Assembly (NCBI GenBank): GCA_963761335.1
Contig: CAVXGR010000021.1
Span: 160,001-224,000, forward strand
DNA from: an uncultured delta proteobacterium
GTDB lineage: Bacteria > Desulfobacterota > Binatia > HRBIN30 > BPIQ01
Reading direction: 5' to 3'
DNA length: 64,000 bases
In this document: positions 16,715-26,908 of the stretch, in pieces
How the letters are laid out: every line of letters begins with the position of its first letter
Numbering within the stretch: position 1 is the stretch's first letter
Made by a program: the position numbers and the translations under genes
Notes under the pieces: model-generated
The model's database searches: none
What the model saw: only the letters and a program-made list of their open reading frames with translations
What the model was told of the DNA's origin: nothing

Positions 16715-18355
16715 ATGGCATTCACTCTGGCGGACATCAACGAGGCGATCGCGGAAGCGATTCCGGAGCGCGAGGCGATTGTCTATCGCGATCGGCGGCT
16801 GACCTGGCGCGACCTGCAGCGGCGCACGCGGCGGTTGGCACGGGTGCTCATCGACAAGGGGATTGGCTTGCACCGCGGGCGCGAGTCGCTGCAGCGGTGG
16901 GAGTCGGGGCAGGATCACGTCGCCCTCTATCTCTACAACGGCAACGAGTATCTCGAGGGGATGATCGCGGCCTCCAAGGCGCGCGCCGCTTCCGTTAACG
17001 TCAACTACCGCTACGTCGACGAGGAGCTCGCCTATCTGCTCGGCGACGCGCGGCCGCGCGCCATCGTCTATCACGCCTGCTTCGCGCCGCGGCTGGCGCG
17101 CCTGCTGCCGCGTCTCGCCGGCGTCGAGCTGCTGCTGCAGGTCGCCGACGGCAGCGGCGAGGCGCTGCTCCCGGGAGCCGTCGACTACGAGGAGGCCCTG
17201 GCCGGCGCCAGCGATGCTCCCGTGGAGCGGCGGCCGGCGAACGACGACCTCTACATCCTCTACACCGGGGGCACGACCGGCATGCCCAAGGGAGTGCTGT
17301 GGCGCCAGGAGGACATCTTCTTCGCGGCTCTCGGCGGGCGCGTTCCCGGGATGGAGGCGGTGAAGAGCATCGAGGAGCTGGTCGACCGCGCCCGCCACGG
17401 TGGCGAGCTGCTGCGCATGCTGCCGGCGCCGCCCTTCATGCACGGCGCCGCGCACTGGTCGGCGTTCATGATGCTGCACCAGGGCGGCACGGTGGTCATT
17501 CCCACCGAGACCAGCCGCCTCGACGCCGACGACATCTGGAGAACCGCCGAGCGCGAGCACGTCGCCTCGGTGACCATCGTCGGCGACGCCTTTGCCCGCC
17601 CTCTTCTCGATCAGCTCCGCCAGGGTCGGTACGACCTGTCGCAGCTGCACATCCTCGGCTCCGGAGGCGCCATCTTCTCCCCGCCGATGAAGGCGGCATT
17701 TCTCGAGCTGCTGCCCCACATCATGATCTTCGACGGCTTCGGTGCCTCGGAGACCGGTGCGCAGGGCTCGACGATGACCGCCGTGGGCATGGAGAGCGCC
17801 GCCTCGGCATTTCGCATGGACGAGCACACCGTGGTCCTCGACGAGGGGATGACGCGGCCGCTGCAGCCGGGAGAGACGGCGATGGGCTGGGTGGCGCGTA
17901 CCGGACACGTGCCCCTCGGCTATCTCGGCGACGAGGCGAAGACGTGGCGCACCTATCCCGTGATCGACGGCAAACGCTACGCCGTCCCCGGCGACCGCGC
18001 TCAGCTGGCGCCCGACGGCACCATCATCGTCTTCGGGCGCGACTCGGTGTGCATCAACACCGGCGGCGAGAAGGTGTTTGCCGAGGAGGTGGAGCGCGCT
18101 CTCAAGCGGCACCCCGCGGTGTACGACGTGGTGGTCGCCGGCGCACCCAGCGAGCGCTGGGGCGAGCAGGTGGCGGCCGTCGTCGCCCTGCGGCCCGGCA
18201 TGCAGGCGACCCCGGAGGAGCTGTGCGACACTGCCGCCGAGGAGATTGCCCGCTACAAGCTCCCCAAGGCCCTCGTCTTCGTCGACACCGTGATGAGAAC
18301 GCCGAGCGGCAAGCCCGATTATCGCTGGGCGAAGGAGAAGGTGTTGCGGGGGTGA
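16715..18355 (+). CDS. Acyl-CoA synthetase (FadD19-like AMP-binding enzyme)
   Basis: YTGGTTGMPKG P-loop, GASETG, PGD, GRDS..INTGGEK, RTPSGKPDY. Confidence 0.92.
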   Translation: MAFTLADINEAIAEAIPEREAIVYRDRRLTWRDLQRRTRRLARVLIDKGIGLHRGRESLQRWESGQDHVALYLYNGNEYLEGMIAASKARAASVNVNYRYVDEELAYLLGDARPRAIVYHACFAPRLARLLPRLAGVELLLQVADGSGEALLPGAVDYEEALAGASDAPVERRPANDDLYILYTGGTTGMPKGVLWRQEDIFFAALGGRVPGMEAVKSIEELVDRARHGGELLRMLPAPPFMHGAAHWSAFMMLHQGGTVVIPTETSRLDADDIWRTAEREHVASVTIVGDAFARPLLDQLRQGRYDLSQLHILGSGGAIFSPPMKAAFLELLPHIMIFDGFGASETGAQGSTMTAVGMESAASAFRMDEHTVVLDEGMTRPLQPGETAMGWVARTGHVPLGYLGDEAKTWRTYPVIDGKRYAVPGDRAQLAPDGTIIVFGRDSVCINTGGEKVFAEEVERALKRHPAVYDVVVAGAPSERWGEQVAAVVALRPGMQATPEELCDTAAEEIARYKLPKALVFVDTVMRTPSGKPDYRWAKEKVLRG

Positions 18356-18543
18356 GGGGGTAGGTGTTGAGGGTGAAGAGATCCTCGCGCCGTAGCGCCG
18401 TCGCCTGAGACAGAAGACAAGACGCAATCCCCAATTCCCCCAACACCCAACACCTCATCTTCCGGCCCCCCTTGCCTGGACGGGGGCCGTTCTTTAAGGA
18501 TTGTCTCTACACCTCAGCAGGGATTTTTCCACTGACGACGCAG

Positions 18544-19605
18544 ATGCGATATTTCACCGGCGCCGTATTGGCGGCAGCCGTGCTCTCCACCGCGGCCTGC
18601 GACAAGCCGGCGGACTCCAAGCCCACGCATGGGCCGCCGCCGGTTTCGGTCGAGCTGGTGACGGTTCCCCGCCAGCCGATCCGCGACGTCCTCGACCTCG
18701 TCGGCCAGCTCGAGGCGGAGGAGTCGGTGATGATCAAGCCGGAGACCGAAGGGATCCTCGAGTCGGTCGAGTTCCAGGACGGCGACGAGGTGCGCAAGGG
18801 CGCTCTTCTCTTCCGCCTGCGCGACGACGAGCAGCAGGCGCGCATGGACGAGGCGACGGCGCTGCTGTCGCTGGCCAGGGACGAGTACGAGCGCGCCAAG
18901 ACGCTCGCCGAGAAGCACACAGTATCGGCGGCCGAGCTCGACCGCGCCACCTCGGCGTGGCAGGCGGCGAAGGCGCGCCGGGACCTGGCGCGGGTCGCCC
19001 TCCAGCGGATGGAGATCCGCGCCCCCTTCGACGGCGTGCTCGGGGCGCGTCAGGTCTCCCCGGGCGACCGCGTCGACGACAACCGCGGCCTGGTGCGCAT
19101 TGACTCGGTGGCGCGCCTGCGGCTGGCCTTCACGGTTCCCGAGATCGGCGTGCGCGCCGTGCGCACGGGTGTGCCGCTGGAGATCGGCGTCAGCCCCTAC
19201 CCGGCGGAGAAGTTCCCGGGCGAGGTGTACTTCGTGGCGCCGTCGCTCGATCCCGACAATCGCCGCCTGCTGCTCAAGGCGTGGGTCCCCAACCCGAAGC
19301 GCAAGCTGCGTCCCGGCCTGTTCGCCAACATCGAGGTGGAGATCGCTCGGCACGACGAGGCCCTGGTGGTGCCCGAGGCCGCCGTCGCCTACGACGCCAA
19401 GGGGCCCTTCGTCTGGCGCATCGTCGACGGCGACGTCGCCGAGCGCGCCGCCGTGGAGATCGGTATCCGCCAGCGCGGACGCATGGAGATCGTCTCCGGC
19501 CTGAATGCCGGCGATCGCATCGTCTCCGCCGGCACCCACAAGGTGTCTCTCGGAGCCCACGTCAAAGAGGTCCCGCCTCCCCCGCCGGCAGAGGCCAGTC
19601 CGTGA
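18544..19605 (+). CDS. RND efflux periplasmic adaptor (lipoprotein)
   Basis: Lipobox STAAC; IRAPFDG, LRPGLF, GLNAGDRIV. Confidence 0.92.
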   Translation: MRYFTGAVLAAAVLSTAACDKPADSKPTHGPPPVSVELVTVPRQPIRDVLDLVGQLEAEESVMIKPETEGILESVEFQDGDEVRKGALLFRLRDDEQQARMDEATALLSLARDEYERAKTLAEKHTVSAAELDRATSAWQAAKARRDLARVALQRMEIRAPFDGVLGARQVSPGDRVDDNRGLVRIDSVARLRLAFTVPEIGVRAVRTGVPLEIGVSPYPAEKFPGEVYFVAPSLDPDNRRLLLKAWVPNPKRKLRPGLFANIEVEIARHDEALVVPEAAVAYDAKGPFVWRIVDGDVAERAAVEIGIRQRGRMEIVSGLNAGDRIVSAGTHKVSLGAHVKEVPPPPPAEASP

Positions 19606-22600
19606 AGCTCTCGCAGGTCTGCATCGACAGGCCGGTTCTGTCCACGGTCCTGTCGCTGGTGATCGTCCTGTTCGGCTCGATCGCCGTCCTGCGACTGGCC
19701 AACCGCGAGTACCCCGACGTCGATCCCCCGGTCGTCGCGGTGACCACGGTTCTCACCGGCGCCGCTCCGGAGGTGATCGAGACCTCGGTGACGCAGCCGC
19801 TCGAGGACCAGCTCATCGCCATCGAGGGAGTCAAGCATCTCACCTCGCTCAGCCGCGAGCAGGTGTCGCAGATCACCGTCGAGTTCGACCTCGACCGCGA
19901 CGTCGACACCGCCGCCAACGACGTGCGCGACCGCGTGGCGCGGGCGCGCGGCGACCTCCCCGACGAGGTCGACGAACCGATCGTCTCGAAGAACGACGCC
20001 GACGCCTCGCCGATCATGTGGCTTGCCCTCTACGGCGGCAACTACTCCCAGGTCGAGATCTCGACGCTGGCGGAGACCCAGATCCAGGACCGCTTGGGGA
20101 AGCTCCCCGGTGTGTCGGCGGTGATCATCGCCGGCGAGAAGCGCTTCTCGATGCGCATCTGGGTCGACAACTCGCAGCTCACGGCGCACGGTCTCACCTC
20201 CTCGGACCTGGCGGCGGCGCTCAGGCGCGAGAACGTCGACATCCCCTCTGGACGCGTCGAGGGCTTGGACCGCGAGTTTACGGTGCGCACGCTCGGCGAG
20301 CTGAAGACCCCGGAGGCGTACGGGGCGCTCACCATCGCCACCGTCGACGGCGAGCCCGTGCACCTGCGCGACGTCGCCCGCGTCGAGGTCGGTCCGGAGG
20401 ACGAGCGCAAGCTGGTGCGCTTCAACGGCAAGGCCGCCGTCGGCCTCGGCATCGTCAAGCAGTCGAAGGCCAACACTCTCGATGTCGCCCGGGCGGTGAA
20501 GCAGGAGGCGCGGGACATCGCCGCCTCCCTGCCGCCCGGAGTGCACATCGACACCGCCTTCGACTCGTCCATCTTCATCGACCGTTCGCTCGAGGACGTG
20601 ACCCACACGATCATCGAGGCGATCATCCTGGTGGTCGTCGTCATCTTTCTCTTTCTGCGCTCGCTGCGCTCGACCATCATTCCCACCGTCGCCATCCCGG
20701 TGTCGCTGATCGGCACCTTCGCGGTGCTTTACGCCCTGGATTTCTCGATCAACACCCTGACGCTGATGGGCCTGACGCTGGCGATCGGATTGGTGGTGGA
20801 CGACGCCATCGTGGTGCTCGAGAACATCACCCGATGGGTGGAGCAAGGGTTGCCGCCGCGCGAGGCGGCGCGGCGGGGCATGAACGAGATCTCGTTTGCC
20901 GTGGTGGCGGCCACCGTCTCCACCATGGCGGTGTTCATGCCGCTCGCCTTTCTCACCGACACCACCGGCCTGCTCTTCCGCGAGTTCGGCATCACCGTGG
21001 CCACCGCCGTCGGCATCTCCGGCTTCGTCGCCCTGACGTTGTCGCCGATGCTCTGCGCCCGCATTCTGCGGCACAGCGCCGCGGAGCACGGCGTGCGCGC
21101 CCTGCTGGCACGCGGCTTCGACGGCCTCGCCTCCGGCTACAGCCTGCTGCTCCGGCCGCTGCTGCGGCACACCGGACTGACGCTGCTGGTCGGGGCGCTC
21201 TGGGTTGCCGCCGGCCTCTTTCTCATGCGCACCATCCCCCGCGAGTTCATCCCGCTGTCGGATCGCGGCGCCATTCCCGCCTTCATTCGCGCTCCCGAGG
21301 GCAGCACGGTCGAGTACACCGACCGCTATCAGCGCCAGGTCGAGAAGCAGGTCCTCGCCGTGCCGGAGGTCGAGAAGGCGTTCTCGGTGATTGCCCTCGG
21401 CATCGGCACGCCGGGCATGGTCAACGAGGGCGCGATCTTCGCGAGCCTCAAGCCGTGGGAGGAGCGCCGCCGCAGCCAGATGGAGATCGTCGATCAGCTG
21501 CGCGTGCAGCTCTCGTCGCTCGGCGGCATCCAGGCGTTTCCCATGAACATGCCGGCGCTCAGCCAGAGCATGAACTCGGCTCCCGTATCGCTGGTGATCC
21601 AGGGCCCCGAGGTGGAGCCGCTGGCGCACTATACGGACGAGATCCTGCAGCGGGCGCGGGCGATCCCGGGCCTGGTGAACCTGCAGACGGACCTGCTTCT
21701 CAACAAGCCGCAGATCGAGGTGCAGATCGATCGCGACCGCGCCGCCGATCTCGGCGCCTCGGCGCGGGAGATCGCCAGCACCCTACAGCTCCTCTTCGGC
21801 GGGCTCGACGTCACCACCTTCAAGATCGGCGGCGAGACCTACAACGTCGTGGCCCAGCTCGAGCGGAGCGAGCGCGCCAACCCGCGCGATCTCTACGGGG
21901 TCTACGTGCGCGGCCGCAGTGGCCAGCTGATTCCGCTGGCCTCGATGGTGAACGTTCGCGAGACGGTCGCCCCCCGGGGTCTGCCGCACTTCGACCGCCT
22001 GCGCGCCGCCACGCTCACCGGCTACCTCGTCCAGGGCGCGCCGCTCGGCAGCGCCCTCGAGCAGATCCGCCAGATCGCCGACGACGTCCTGCCGCAGCAC
22101 CAGGGCTACCGGGTTACCTTCTCCGGCGAGTCGGAGAGCTATTTCGAGTCGGGGAATTCCCTGGCGTTCGCCTACGCGCTGGCGGTGGTGATCATCTTCC
22201 TGGTGCTGGCGGCGCAGTTCGAGAGCTTCCTGCACCCGGTGACCATCCTGGTCGCCGTGGCGCTGTCGTTCACCGGCGCGCTGGTGGCGCTGCTGGCCAC
22301 CGGCAGCACGCTCAACCTGTTCAGTGAGATCGGCCTGGTGATGCTCGTCGGGCTGGTGACCAAGAACTCGATTCTGATCGTCGAGTTCGCCAACCAGCTC
22401 CGCGAGCAGGGCCTCGGGGTGGTCGAGGCGACCTTCCAGGCGGCGCAGACGCGCTTCCGCCCCATCCTGATGACGGCGCTCTCGACCATCGTCGGCATCC
22501 TGCCCATCGCCCTCGGTGGCGGCGCCGGCGGCGAGTCGCGCGCGCCTCTGGGCATCGCGGTGGTGGGCGGCATGCTGTTCTCCACCATCCTCACGTTCTT

Positions 22601-22715
22601 CGTCGTGCCGGCGACCTACATTGCGCTCGAGCGCCTGCGCGCCAGAATCGCCGGCCCGGCGACCGCCGAGAGCGAGACGCTCAGCGGCGCGAGCCCGCTC
22701 GCCGAACGATCCTAG
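19602..22715 (+). CDS. RND efflux permease (AcrB/AcrD/AcrF family)
   Basis: IDRPVLS, GLVVDDAIVVLENI, KNSILIVEFA, RFRPILMT; GTGA overlap. Confidence 0.95.
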   Translation: MKLSQVCIDRPVLSTVLSLVIVLFGSIAVLRLANREYPDVDPPVVAVTTVLTGAAPEVIETSVTQPLEDQLIAIEGVKHLTSLSREQVSQITVEFDLDRDVDTAANDVRDRVARARGDLPDEVDEPIVSKNDADASPIMWLALYGGNYSQVEISTLAETQIQDRLGKLPGVSAVIIAGEKRFSMRIWVDNSQLTAHGLTSSDLAAALRRENVDIPSGRVEGLDREFTVRTLGELKTPEAYGALTIATVDGEPVHLRDVARVEVGPEDERKLVRFNGKAAVGLGIVKQSKANTLDVARAVKQEARDIAASLPPGVHIDTAFDSSIFIDRSLEDVTHTIIEAIILVVVVIFLFLRSLRSTIIPTVAIPVSLIGTFAVLYALDFSINTLTLMGLTLAIGLVVDDAIVVLENITRWVEQGLPPREAARRGMNEISFAVVAATVSTMAVFMPLAFLTDTTGLLFREFGITVATAVGISGFVALTLSPMLCARILRHSAAEHGVRALLARGFDGLASGYSLLLRPLLRHTGLTLLVGALWVAAGLFLMRTIPREFIPLSDRGAIPAFIRAPEGSTVEYTDRYQRQVEKQVLAVPEVEKAFSVIALGIGTPGMVNEGAIFASLKPWEERRRSQMEIVDQLRVQLSSLGGIQAFPMNMPALSQSMNSAPVSLVIQGPEVEPLAHYTDEILQRARAIPGLVNLQTDLLLNKPQIEVQIDRDRAADLGASAREIASTLQLLFGGLDVTTFKIGGETYNVVAQLERSERANPRDLYGVYVRGRSGQLIPLASMVNVRETVAPRGLPHFDRLRAATLTGYLVQGAPLGSALEQIRQIADDVLPQHQGYRVTFSGESESYFESGNSLAFAYALAVVIIFLVLAAQFESFLHPVTILVAVALSFTGALVALLATGSTLNLFSEIGLVMLVGLVTKNSILIVEFANQLREQGLGVVEATFQAAQTRFRPILMTALSTIVGILPIALGGGAGGESRAPLGIAVVGGMLFSTILTFFVVPATYIALERLRARIAGPATAESETLSGASPLAERS

Positions 22716-22726
22716 AAGGAGAGACC

Positions 22727-23137
22727 ATGAGCTCCATCGAGCCGACCCCAGCGCAGATGCAACGACTTCTCGAAGAGGCCGCCAAGCCGGGCCCCGTGGT
22801 GATGATCAACCTGCTGCGCTACCGCGAGCGCGCCGCCTATCCGGCGGGCTTCGACGCGACTCCGTGCAGTGGTCGCGAGGCCTATCAGCGCTACGGCGCC
22901 GTGGCCGTGAACAAGGTGACCGGCGTCGGCGGCAGGATCGTGTGGATGGCACCGGTTCACGGCGCCGTGATCGCCCCCGAAGGCGAGGCGTGGGACGATG
23001 CCGTCCTCGTCGAGTATCCCTCGCGGCGAGCGTTTCTCGACATGGTGTCGCAGCCGGACTATCAGGCGGCGGCGGTGCACCGCACCGCGGCGCTGGCCGA
23101 CTCGCGGCTGCTGCTCACCGAGCCGCCGACAGCGTGA
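22727..23137 (+). CDS. DUF1330-like protein
   Basis: PVVMINLLRY..SGREAY..WDDAVLVEYPS..HRTAAL; AGGAG RBS. Confidence 0.82.
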   Translation: MSSIEPTPAQMQRLLEEAAKPGPVVMINLLRYRERAAYPAGFDATPCSGREAYQRYGAVAVNKVTGVGGRIVWMAPVHGAVIAPEGEAWDDAVLVEYPSRRAFLDMVSQPDYQAAAVHRTAALADSRLLLTEPPTA

Positions 23138-23154
23138 TGGTGGCCGGGGGATTG

Positions 23155-23276
23155 AGAGGCTGTCTCAAAACCGGAGTAGAAGCGCCGTCCCGGCGCTTTC
23201 CGAAGCGGCGAGACGCCGCTTCTACTTGACCCGCGGGCCGGCGGGATCGTTTCGCGCGGGGGTTGAGACGGCCTCT
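23155..23276. mobile_element. MITE-like element with 14-bp terminal inverted repeats enclosing a GTAG-type REP pair
   Basis: AGAGGCTGTCTCAA (23155-23168) / TTGAGACGGCCTCT (23263-23276), 1 mismatch; inner AGTAGAAGCG (23175-23184) / CGCTTCTACT (23217-23226). Confidence 0.6.
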
Positions 23277-23302
23277 TCTACCCCCGGCTCCGAATGGCGC
23301 GG

Positions 23303-25117
23303 CTAGAACCACTCCTGACGGAAATCGAGCGCCGTCCGCTCGCCGCTGCGGAGAATTTCCGCGGTGGCGTGCAGGTGAGGGAGCTCGTTGTTCAGGTAGA
23401 AGCGGGCGGTGGCGAGCTTGCCGGCGTAGTAGCTCTGCTCCGCACCCGAGGCGCCGGCGTCGAGGGCCTTCTGCGCCACCGTCGCCTGCCAGAGGAAGAG
23501 CCAGGAGATGACCAGTCGAGAGAACATCTGCAGGTATGCCGTCGCCGAGCTGATGTAGAGCTCGACATCTCCCGACATGGCGATTCCGGCGAGGTGCGCG
23601 GTGGTCTCGCCGACGTCGTTCAGCGCCTTGTCGACCTGGCGGGCCATGTCGGCCAGCACGGCGACGCTCGATGCCTCCTCGACGGTCCGGGACATCTGCG
23701 CCAGTAGGGCGCGGAACGCCTCGCCGCCCTTCATCACCACCTTGCGCCCGAGCAGGTCCATCGCCTGGATGCCATTGGTGCCTTCGTAGATGGGGAACAC
23801 CTTGCCGTCCCGCAGCATCTGCGCCAGCGGGAACTCCTCGCTGAAGCCGTAGCCGCCGTAGCACTGAATGGCGAGCACGATGGAGTCGTACGACGCCTCG
23901 GAGCCGTAGGCCTTGCATACGGGTGTGAGCAGGTCGAGGACGTCCCTCGCCGCGGCGCGCTCCGCCTCGTCGGCGCCGCAGAGCTCTCGGTCGCCGAGCA
24001 AGGCGGCGTAGGCGAGGAGGGCGAACATGCCCTCGGTGGTCGCCTTCTGCACCAGCAGCATGCGGCGGACGTCGGCGTGCTCGATGATCGGAAGCTGCGG
24101 CGTGGTCGGATCTTTTTCCGTCGCCTTCCTGCCCTGCAGGCGCTCGCGCGCGTACTGCAGCGCGTGCTGGTAGGCGTTGGAGGCCAGGCTGGTCGCCTGC
24201 AGGCCGGTGGCGATGCGGGCGTGGTTCATGAGCAGGAACATGTAGGCGAGCCCGCGGTTCGGCTCGCCCAGCAGCCATCCCCGGCAGTCGCCGCTATCGC
24301 CGAAAGTCAGGGTGGCAGTGGCATTGCCGCGCAGCCCGAGCTTGTGCTCGATGCCGGCCGTCACCACGTCGTTGAGCTCGCCGGGCGACCCGTCGGCCGT
24401 GAAGCGGTACTTGGGAACGATGAAGAGGCTGATGCCCTTCACCCCCGGAGGCGCGCCCGGAAGGCGGGCGAGCACCGGGTGCACGATGTTGTCGGTGATG
24501 TCCTGGTCGCCGTTGGAGATGAAGCACTTGGTGCCGGTGATCAGGTAGTAGTCGCCGCCGCTCGCCTTGACGGCGGTGGTCTTCACGTCGCTCAGGGAGC
24601 TGCCCGCCTGCGGTTCGGTGAGGCACATGCTTCCGCCCCACCCGCCGCTGTAGAGCTTCTCCAGGCAGGTCTTCTTGAGCTCGTCGCTGCCGAAGGAGCG
24701 GATCAGGCCGGCGGCGCCGACGGCACCGCCCATGTACATGTTGGCGGCCGTGTTCGCCGCGTTGAAGATCAGAGCGGTCGCCGCGGCCACGGCTCCGGGG
24801 ACCTGCTGCCCGCCCAGCTCGAAGGGCGCCGTCTCTCCGTGCCAGCCGCCTTGCTTGTAAGCCTGCCAGATACGGTGCATGGGCTCCGGCACGCTGGTGG
24901 TTTTGCTCTTCGGGTCGTAGGTGGCGCCGATGCGATCCATCTCCATGTACGCCGGCCAGCAGACCTCGCGCGCCAGCTCGTAGGCGGCGTCGATCACCGT
25001 GTCGAAGGTCTCGCGGGAATGGTCGGCATAATACTCGTGCTTGGTCAGCTCTTCGACGTCGAGCATTTCGTAGAGGACGAAGCGGATGTCGCGGAGGTTC
25101 ACCAGAGTGTCGGTCAT
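23303..25117 (-). CDS. Acyl-CoA dehydrogenase (long, ~600 aa type)
   Basis: MCLTEPQAGS, GTKCFIS, EHKLGLRG, GGYGFSEE, IYEGTNGIQAMDL; AGGAGA RBS. Confidence 0.94.
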   Translation of the reverse strand: MTDTLVNLRDIRFVLYEMLDVEELTKHEYYADHSRETFDTVIDAAYELAREVCWPAYMEMDRIGATYDPKSKTTSVPEPMHRIWQAYKQGGWHGETAPFELGGQQVPGAVAAATALIFNAANTAANMYMGGAVGAAGLIRSFGSDELKKTCLEKLYSGGWGGSMCLTEPQAGSSLSDVKTTAVKASGGDYYLITGTKCFISNGDQDITDNIVHPVLARLPGAPPGVKGISLFIVPKYRFTADGSPGELNDVVTAGIEHKLGLRGNATATLTFGDSGDCRGWLLGEPNRGLAYMFLLMNHARIATGLQATSLASNAYQHALQYARERLQGRKATEKDPTTPQLPIIEHADVRRMLLVQKATTEGMFALLAYAALLGDRELCGADEAERAAARDVLDLLTPVCKAYGSEASYDSIVLAIQCYGGYGFSEEFPLAQMLRDGKVFPIYEGTNGIQAMDLLGRKVVMKGGEAFRALLAQMSRTVEEASSVAVLADMARQVDKALNDVGETTAHLAGIAMSGDVELYISSATAYLQMFSRLVISWLFLWQATVAQKALDAGASGAEQSYYAGKLATARFYLNNELPHLHATAEILRSGERTALDFRQEWF

Positions 25118-25193
25118 CGTGTTCTCCTGCTGCCGGAGGGTTTTTTTGGAGCCCTTGTCGATGCCAAGGGCAAACAACTTCGGTGAATCCCCG

Positions 25194-25209
25194 TGCAGCT
25201 TGCGTGCCG
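25194..25209 (-). promoter_or_regulatory. Candidate sigma54 -24/-12 promoter for the acyl-CoA dehydrogenase
   Basis: CGGCACGCAAGCTGCA with GG-N10-GC spacing. Confidence 0.5.
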
Positions 25210-25461
25210 AGCCCGTTTGCTGTCGATCAGGCCTCCGTTCCGAGGGGCAGAGCGTTCATGCCCAGGCACCTGCTCCGGCGCATTCTCGGTTATGACAATG
25301 ACGCACTGCGCAATTTTCCGGAGACGGAGAAGGGAGGGGAAGCGGACGGGCTCCTTTTCGGTCCGGCGGCGGCCGTATGGAAGGCTCCGTCCCTGGTCGC
25401 CGAATAGGTGCCTGTCCCCGTCCTCTTGTCTCGACGGCGCGCATGCGCTGAAAGTGGAGGC

Positions 25462-26646
25462 ATGCGCTCCCTGGGGTACCTCATCAACGACGCCGACAAT
25501 CACTACTACGAGCCCGACGACTGCTTCACGCGACACATCGAGAGCCGCCTGCGCGGCGAGACGGTGTGGATCGACCGCGCCGGCGATCACCCCGGGCGGA
25601 TGTATGTCGGCCGGGAGCGCTGCCACTTCTTCAGCGTCGGCGCCGGGGACAGCGTCGGTCCGCCCGGCATCATGAAGGCCTTCCTGCGCGGCGACAGCGA
25701 TGAGGGCGGCAGCCCCAGCCTGCGCCCGATCAAGGCGCTGGCGGTGCCGGAGTTCGTCGACCGCCGGGCGCGATTGGCGCAGATGGATGCGCAGGAGGTC
25801 GAGGCCTGCCTGATGCTGCCGACGGCGGGTGTCGGGGTCGAGCCGCAGCTGCGCGAGCACCCCGAGGTTCTCTACCCGAGCGTGCGCTCCTTCAATCGCT
25901 GGCTGGAGGAGGACTGGGGCTACGGCGACGACGGGAGAATCTACGGAGCGCCGCTGCTGTCGTTGTTCGATCTATCGCAGGCGCTCGCCGAGCTCGAGCG
26001 GCTGCTGCGGCTCGGCGCCCGCTTTGCGGTGCTGACCGCCGGTCCGATCGCCGGGCGCTCGCCCGCCGATCCGCACTTCGATCCCTTCTGGGCGCGCTGC
26101 GAGGAAGCGGGGCTCAGCATCGTCTACCACATCGGGCGGACGCCCTTCAGCGAGATGTACAACCCGCCGTGGGGGCTGCGCCCGCACCCGCCCTCGCACC
26201 GGCACTCGCTCATGGAGTACGCGCTGTCGTTCACCGAGCGGCCGGTGGTCGACACGGTGACCGCGCTGATCGCCGACAACCTCTTCGGCCGCTTTCCGCG
26301 GCTGCGGGTTCTGAGCGTCGAGTACGGCTCCAGCTGGGTGGCGCCGCTGTTGCACAAGCTCGATCACCTGGCGCGGCTCTACAGCAAGGACATGTGGCGC
26401 TTCGGCACACCGCCGCTGAAGCCCAGCGACAGCTTCCGGCAGAACGTCTGGGTGGCGCCGTTCTTCGAGGACGACGTCGTCGCCCTGGCGCGTCTGATCG
26501 GTGCCGGCCATGTGCTCAATGGCTCCGACTACCCGCACCCCGAGGGGCTCGCCCAGCCGTTGGAGTTTGCCGACGAGCTCGCGGGCCTCGACGCCGCCGA
26601 CGTGCGCCGCATCATGCGCGACAACTTCGCGGCGTTGGTGGCCTGA
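25462..26646 (+). CDS. Amidohydrolase_2 family metallohydrolase/decarboxylase
   Basis: DADNHYYE, DP.FDPFW, GSDYPHPEG; GGAGG RBS. Confidence 0.9.
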   Translation: MRSLGYLINDADNHYYEPDDCFTRHIESRLRGETVWIDRAGDHPGRMYVGRERCHFFSVGAGDSVGPPGIMKAFLRGDSDEGGSPSLRPIKALAVPEFVDRRARLAQMDAQEVEACLMLPTAGVGVEPQLREHPEVLYPSVRSFNRWLEEDWGYGDDGRIYGAPLLSLFDLSQALAELERLLRLGARFAVLTAGPIAGRSPADPHFDPFWARCEEAGLSIVYHIGRTPFSEMYNPPWGLRPHPPSHRHSLMEYALSFTERPVVDTVTALIADNLFGRFPRLRVLSVEYGSSWVAPLLHKLDHLARLYSKDMWRFGTPPLKPSDSFRQNVWVAPFFEDDVVALARLIGAGHVLNGSDYPHPEGLAQPLEFADELAGLDAADVRRIMRDNFAALVA

Positions 26647-26705
26647 GAAAGGGGGACAGGCACCTTCTCGGCGACACGCGGCGGTGGTTGACGCGGGAGG
26701 TTCAC

Positions 26706-26843
26706 GGAGAATGTAAAATGCAAAACCGGTGACCGGTGATTCAGAACCGGAAATGTCGGAAGCCCGCGGTTGCGACGGCAGTCCATCCGAATCGTTCACC
26801 GGTTCTCCATCACCGGTCACCGGTTTTGCATTTTACATTCTCC
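26706..26843. mobile_element. 138-bp MITE/REP-like palindromic element with perfect 35-bp inverted arms
   Basis: GGAGAATGTAAAATGCAAAACCGGTGACCGGTGAT (26706-26740) is the exact reverse complement of 26809-26843; lies between convergent genes. Confidence 0.75.
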
Positions 26844-26908
26844 AAAGCTGCAGAGGTAACTCCGAAGCTGCAGAGGGCAGGGCTCCTGCCGAGCCACGTC
26901 GCCCTCCC

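Noticed and set aside
25141..25171. Hairpin GCCCTTG/CAAGGGC with T-run as a terminator
   Set aside because: The T-run is on the wrong side of the hairpin for either strand
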